A DNA stretch of 54,873 bases, from positions 1,684,814 through 1,739,686 of the forward strand of contig MU004240.1 of the NCBI GenBank assembly GCA_010405405.1. Reading direction: 5' to 3'. The DNA comes from Microthyrium microscopicum (taxonomy: Eukaryota). The position numbers and the translations under genes were made by a program. Under the pieces are notes generated by a model. That model was not told where the DNA came from. It worked only from the letters and a program-made list of their open reading frames with translations, and ran no database searches. Below, piece by piece: positions 48,300 through 54,873 of this stretch. How positions within the stretch are numbered: the first letter of the stretch is position 1; each line of letters starts with the position of its first letter.

Positions 48300-51200
48300 T
48301 ATATATAAATATCTTAATTAAAGAGTCTCTTAACTCTTCTTTCTTTTTAAGTTACCTTCTTATTTAGTAGGCTTATAATATAACTTATCTCTTTATTATC
48401 TAACTTATAATATTAGGTAACTTTAAAACCTACTTTCTTTCTATTTATTAATAAATAGCTAGAATAGTAGACTAAGATTCCTCTTACCTAATAACTACTA
48501 AACGAGATAGAGAAACGTCCTCTAAGAGCTTTACTTATAAAAACGTAAAAGCGTACTTTACGTATATTAGTTAATAATAAATAAAGCTATAGAACTACTT
48601 AGACGTATCTTAGGAAGTAACTAATAATAGCTTATAGTAAGTAATAAATAGTATTTTACTACTTAATAATATACTTAATTTATTTATCTTATAATTATAT
48701 ATAACTACTACTAATTACAAATAAGCCTTATAATAACTAAATAAGTTAACTAGCAAAATTCATATATAATTAAATAAGAATATATAATAAATCATAATAG
48801 TTTATACTAAACTTTAAGCTTAAGTTAATAACTAGAATAAATAGCTTACTAATATTTATACTAGTAATAAGATTCTTATATAATAAGTAAATAATATTAC
48901 TTATAAAATACTAACCTAGTAGTAATAGTAGGAATAGAAACGACTTTAAAGAGAATCTATAACGCCTAGTATAACTCTTTTTTTAATACTAGCTATATTC
49001 TTTACTAGAGAAACTTTTAATTATAGCTACTACCTTTCTCTAATTCTATAAGCTAATCCTCCTTAGACTCTAATTATAATAGCTAGACTAGTAGCCTTTC
49101 CTTTACCTTTTCTAATAAATTCTTTAGCTACTTAATATAAGCTACTTTAACTACTACTACGAAACTTCTAACTAGCTCTCCTAAACCTAAAATAATATTT
49201 ATATAAGGACCTAATCCTTTACTTTAATTTTTATTAAATAATTAAAGTAAAATTATATATTAATAAATAGATTTATATAGATAACTACACCTAAATTTAC
49301 TATATATTTAGCTAGCTTATAGAAAACGTCGCCTAATAAGTCCTTCTCTAAATCTAGAATCCTACTAGCTATAGTATTATAAGTTTTAGTAAGTTTATAA
49401 AATAAATAAACCTTCTCTTTTGTAATCTATATAAAGAAATAAGAGCTCTAGCAAACCTCTAAGAAATCTAGTAAGAAGGTAGAAAATAAAGAATCTTTTA
49501 AGCTAAGTTTTAGTAGTATCTTATCTATATTAAAGTATAATTTTAGGCCGCTCTTATTTAGATATAGTTCTTAGAAAATACTATAGATTCTAGTCTTAGA
49601 ATAGCTCTAATTACTTACTCCTAGCCTAATAATTTAGATACCTTTGCTTAAGAAGCTTTAGAGACTTAGAATTAAATAATTTAAGTCTATATAAGCTATT
49701 ATAGCCTAAAAGGCTTAAGCGCTAAAATAAGTACTTAGTAGAGTTAACTATCTAAGAATTAGGACCTAGATATAATAAAAAGCATCTAGGTTAAAGCTAG
49801 CTAAGCCTAGTATAACTACTATAAGTAAAATAACCTTTATTTTTACTATAGCTTAGCTAATTATAGGATTTAAGATTATAAATAAGCGCTCTAAGTATTA
49901 TCTAAAAGTTAGAATTTCTTCTATAGCTAAGCTAGCTATAAATAAGAATAAGGTAAAAAAGGTACTACTAAAAGTAAATACTTATAAAATAATATTAATA
50001 AATTCTAGACTAATACTACTAATACTTTAGACGTTTCTTAGAGTAGCTAGCTAGTAAGAACTACTACTACTTAGCTAAGAAATAATAACTCTTATAATAA
50101 TCTATATAATATTACTAATATAGAATTAGAAAACTAGTAAACTTAAATTAAAGACGTAATACTAAATTAGAAAATTATAAAAATATTATTTTAGAATAGT
50201 ATTAAAAGTTCTTTATTTAGAATATAATTATAGAGCTCTTTTTAATATCTTTAATAGTAAATTAACTTTCTTTATATATAGGCTTTATTAATAGTAGCTA
50301 CTTAACCTATTCTCTTATAAGTCTTTACTTTATCTAAAGATATAAACTTAAATATATATTACTATCTTAAGTAATTCTTATTAAAGAAATAAACGATAAA
50401 GCTAAAGAAATCTATAAAATAGTAATTATAAAGATTAATATTAAAAGCTATAAAGAAACTATTTAAGCCTTTATAGTAAAAAAGACTCTAGGCTATAATA
50501 TAATCCTTAGCCTATTTTAGATAAAGAAATAAAATATTATTCTCTATATAAAACTTAAGAAGCTAGTCTTTAACGAAATAGGTTATATAGTTATAAGTTT
50601 AAAGATTTCTTAGAAAAAGTATAACTATGTAGTAATTAAGGCTATAGTATTTAAAATACTTATCTAATAAGCTAGAAAGTAAGTAAGATAGTCTTAAAAA
50701 GGCTTAATATTAATTATATAAGTCTTTACTATAAGTCTTTATAACTTATAAAAAGCTCTTATTTCTAAGAAGTATATTAACCCTTATAGGAAGCTTTCTA
50801 AATAGTATTTAGATTACTTTAACCTCTTTTAAAAAGAGCTAGCTAATAAATAGCTACTTATCTAAAGCTCTTTTATAAACTATAAGATTAACCTAATTCT
50901 AGACGCTAATAGAAAGAAACTTTAGTTACCTTAGTAGATATTATACCTTATAAATTAAGATAAATTACTAGTCTTTAGAAGAATTCTTAATAATCTACTA
51001 GAAAGTAAGTTTATTTAAGTAAGTAACTTACTTACTAGAGTACTAGTTCTCTTTATTTATAAAGTAGATAGATTAATTTAGTTTTATTATAACTACTACG
51101 TATTAAATAAATTAACTATAAAGAACTATTACTCCTTACTACTTATTTATAAAATACTAAATACTTTAGAAAAAGTATAATAGTTTACTAAGCTAGATAT

Positions 51201-51851
51201 ATCTTAAGTATTTTATAAGATTTAGATATATAAGAGTAATAAGTAGAAAATAGCCTTTTAGATAAAATATAGCTTATTTAAATAAATAGTAATACTATTT
51301 AAGTTATTAAATACTTTAAGTATCTTTTAGAAATTTATTAACTCTATCCTTTAAAATATTTTAAATAACTACGTTTTTATATACTTAGACGACGTCTTAA
51401 TCTTTAGCTTAAGTATTAGGAAGTAATATAAAGCCTACGTTTATAAAGTTTTTAAGTAACTATAAAAAGTAAGACTTTACCTTAATATTTAGAAGTATAA
51501 ATTTATAACTACTTAAATAATATACCTAGATTATATTATTAAGACTAAATAAAGAATCTTAATAAACTTAACTAAAGTTAAAGTAATCTAAGAATAAAAG
51601 GCTTTTAAGAATATTTATAGAATTTAAGCTTTCTTTAGCTTTACTAATTTTTATTATAAGTTTATACTAAACTTTTAAATAATTATAAAACTTTTTATTT
51701 AACTTACTTAGAAGGACATTCCCTTCTTATTTAAAGACTTAGAAAAAACTATATTTAAGAAGCTAAAATAGCTCTTTACTACTAACTAGATACTAGTCCT
51801 ATTTAACTATAATAGAAAGACTCTTATTTATACTAACTTTTTTAGTTACTT
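48300..51851 (+). mobile_element. Truncated RIP-mutated Ty3/gypsy element of another family (gag, protease, RT); left boundary approximate; cut by element X copy 3
   Basis: De-RIPped protease AFIDSGC near 50282, RT DYRALN..T.KNRY.LPLI near 51090, and a still-readable TAC TTA GAC GAC GTC TTA ATC TTT (YLDDVLIF) near 51382. Confidence 0.8.
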
Positions 51852-54800
51852 TAACTACTATTATTAAATATTAGATAGGTATAGAAGATTTAATATAGCT
51901 TATATACTTACTAAGAGGAAGGCATTTAAGATTTAAAAAGTATTAGGTAAATATCTTATATAATAAATAATATTTAAATTAAAATATAAGTAGGCTAAAA
52001 GATATAGAATTATAAAATAAAATAAACTATTAATTTAGAATAAATAGAATTTAATAGAAGTAAGTAAAAAAGTCCTAAGTAAGATAAGTAAATCTAATAT
52101 TTAATAAGGTAAATATATAGGAATTTATAAATTAGCTTAATTTACTATTATAGCTTACAATATAAATATTATAAGTATAACTAAATAATTAATATTTAGA
52201 TTAGATTAGTATTTAATCTAATAGTAAGCCTAAAGAGGTACGCTACTCTTAATAATATTATTTACTACGTCTAACTTATAGTATATTATTACTAATTTAT
52301 ACTACTTTAAAAACTTCTAAACTTCTAAACTTCTATATTAGTAGTAGAAATTATCTTTATTTATAATAGAGTTACTAATATTTAGTAAGGTAGCGCCTTT
52401 ATATAATACTATAGCTTACTTAGAAGGGTCTAGTAGGCTATATATAGGTTTTAGTATAGTTATAGAGTTATATTTTAAGTAAAGATATTAGTTTATAAAG
52501 AAGCTTACTAAATTTAGTAAGAAAATATTCTTTATAAAGACTACTTACTTATAATATCTCTTCTAAGGTAGGCTGTACGTAGATTTTAGTATAGTTATAA
52601 GAATATATTATAAATAAAGATATTAGTTTATAAGAAAGCTTACTAAATTTAGTATAGAAATATTCTTTAGAAGGACTATACTTATAATATTTTCTCTAAA
52701 GTAGACTATATATAGAGTTTAGTATAGTTATAGGAATATATTATAAATAAAAATATTAGTTTATAGGAAAGCTTACTAGATTTAGAGAAGAAATATTCTT
52801 TAAGCTATACGTAGATTTTAGTATAGTTATAGAAATATATTATAAGTAAAGATATTAGTTTACGTAGAAGCTTATTAGATTTAGTAAAGAAATATTCTTT
52901 AAGCTTTTAGTATAGTTATAGAAATATATTATAAATAAAGATATTAATTTATAGAGAAGCTTACTAAATTTAGTAAGAGAATATTCTTTAAGCTTTTAGT
53001 ATAGTTATAGAAATATATTATAGATAAAGATATTAATTTATAAAGAAGCTTACTAAGTAAGAGAATATTCTTTAAGCTATATATAGATTTTAGTATAATT
53101 ATAAAGACGTATTATAAATAAAGATATTAGTTTATAAGAAAGCTTACTAAGTAAGAAAATATTCTTTAAGCTATACGTAGATTTTAGTATAATTATAAGA
53201 ATATATTATAAGTAAAAATATTAATTTATAAAAAAGCTTACTAAGTAAGAGAATATTCTTTAAGCTATATATAAATTTTAGTATAGTTATAAAAACGTAT
53301 TATAGATAAAGATATTAGTTTATAGAAAAGCTTATTAAGTAAAAGAATATTCTTTAAGCTATATATAAATTTTAGTATAATTATAGAGATATATTATAGA
53401 TAAAGATATTAGTTTATAAAAAAGCTTACTAAATTTAGTAAGGAAATATTCTTTAAGTAAACTATACTTATAATATTTTTTTTAAAATAGCTTTAATAAA
53501 TAAAATAATACTATATAAGAGTTTTAATTAAAGTAAATACTATAAAGCTCTTTTCTTAAAAGAATAAAAGTATAGTTAGGAATTTATAACTATAGTAAAG
53601 TTTAGTAAAGCTTAGTAATAGTAATTTCTTACTAAATTACCTTATAGGTAAGCCTTAGCTATAATATTCCTTTAGTAGTATTATTACTTTATATAGTTAT
53701 TTCTTTAGGTTAAGCGTTATATCTTAGTAGTAAGAAGGGCGTAAATCCTTACTAAATAAAGTTATTTTAGTACGTTATCCTTTTTACTTATAACTACTTT
53801 ACTAACTTCTAGTAAGTCTAAGTTACTAAAGACTTCTATTCCTTTAGCTATAACGTCTTTTAATACTTTTCTACTACTAATTTATATCTTTAAAAGTAAT
53901 ATTTAACTTTTAATATAATTACGTAAGTTTTAAAACGTTAATATAAAGTATTTTAAACTTCTTTATATATATTATATAAGGTAAAGTTATATTTTAGTAG
54001 GCTTATATTTCTTAGCTTACGTACTAAATTATTATATATACTATTTAGCTTACTAATTAGTAGAACTATTAATACTAAAGGCGTAAGTATTTCTTATAAA
54101 TACTAATTATCTTATAAAATATATTTATACTTATATATCTAAGAAGCTAGCTTACTATTATAGAATACTATACTATAAAAAATATAAAAAAAGTAAGAAA
54201 ATAGCGTAAGATTAGTACTAAAATAGTTAGTACTACTATATAATAATTTTATAAAGCTAAATTATATATAAGTTTATTTTTCTTTATTAAATTAAGTATA
54301 ACTAATACAATTAAGTAATAGAATTATAGTAGAAAAGATTTAGTAAAGTAAGATTTTTTAGTATTAAAGAAGAGTAAAACTATAACTCTAATCTAGTTAT
54401 TATATCTAAGTAGTACTAAGCTAGTTTATATAGTAAGTAGTATATATACTTAAGACTTACTAAGCTACTCTATAATTATATTTAGAGCTAAGTATACTTA
54501 AGCTAAATTTTTTTTTAGCTATATTATAAAAGAATAGAAAAATTAATTAGCTAATTTAACTAAATAATTATTATTTTATATAATTTAAAATTATATAGAA
54601 TTTATAATAATTATTTAAGCTTATACTATATAGTAGTTTTATACTTATATAGTCTTACTATACTAAATCTTAATAATCTAGTAGTAAGTATTACTTTAAG
54701 AATAACGTTCTACTACTATAGAGTAAGTTTTTTTAGTTAAAAGGCTTTCTCTATTTCTTAATTCTATATTCTCTAGTGTAGTATACTTCTATAGCTATCT

Positions 54801-54873
54801 AATTTAAATATAAAGCCTATTATGCCATTTCTTCCTTAGGACTACTTAAGAGAATATATATAGTAAAATACCT
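51852..54873 (+). mobile_element. Element X copy 3 (uninterrupted, runs off the window) with a 94-bp tandem array (about 52480-53450)
   Basis: Collinear with copies 1 and 2, and shows the empty site GATATAGAATTATAAAATAAAATAAACTATT. Confidence 0.82.

Overview
Eukaryotic DNA from a filamentous ascomycete (short GT-AG introns with CTAAC/CTAAT branch sites, heavy RIP), with a sharp two-part structure. The GC-balanced part (1-29.1 kb) begins with the 3' part of a Mae1/TDT-family transporter, the ribosome-biogenesis gene SSF1/Peter Pan and a small secreted Thr-rich protein. Three tandem, diverged two-exon paralogues follow, sharing an atypical C-x2-C-x28-H-x4-H zinc-finger domain, then an F-box-like orphan. 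A decaying zone (about 16-27 kb) holds pseudogenised coiled-coil genes and a MITE, and one of two copies of a hairpin element lies in an intron there. A degenerate array of about 12 motifs, some B-box-like, ends next to the AT-rich edge. The rest (29.1-54.9 kb) is AT-rich and RIP-mutated nested transposon sequence: one full-length Ty3/gypsy chromovirus, two truncated gypsy elements, three copies of an unclassified repeat with internal 94-bp arrays, and a GC-rich 1.2-kb tRNA-headed SINE-like insertion with a 13-bp target-site duplication. All calls were made by eye; no database search was run.
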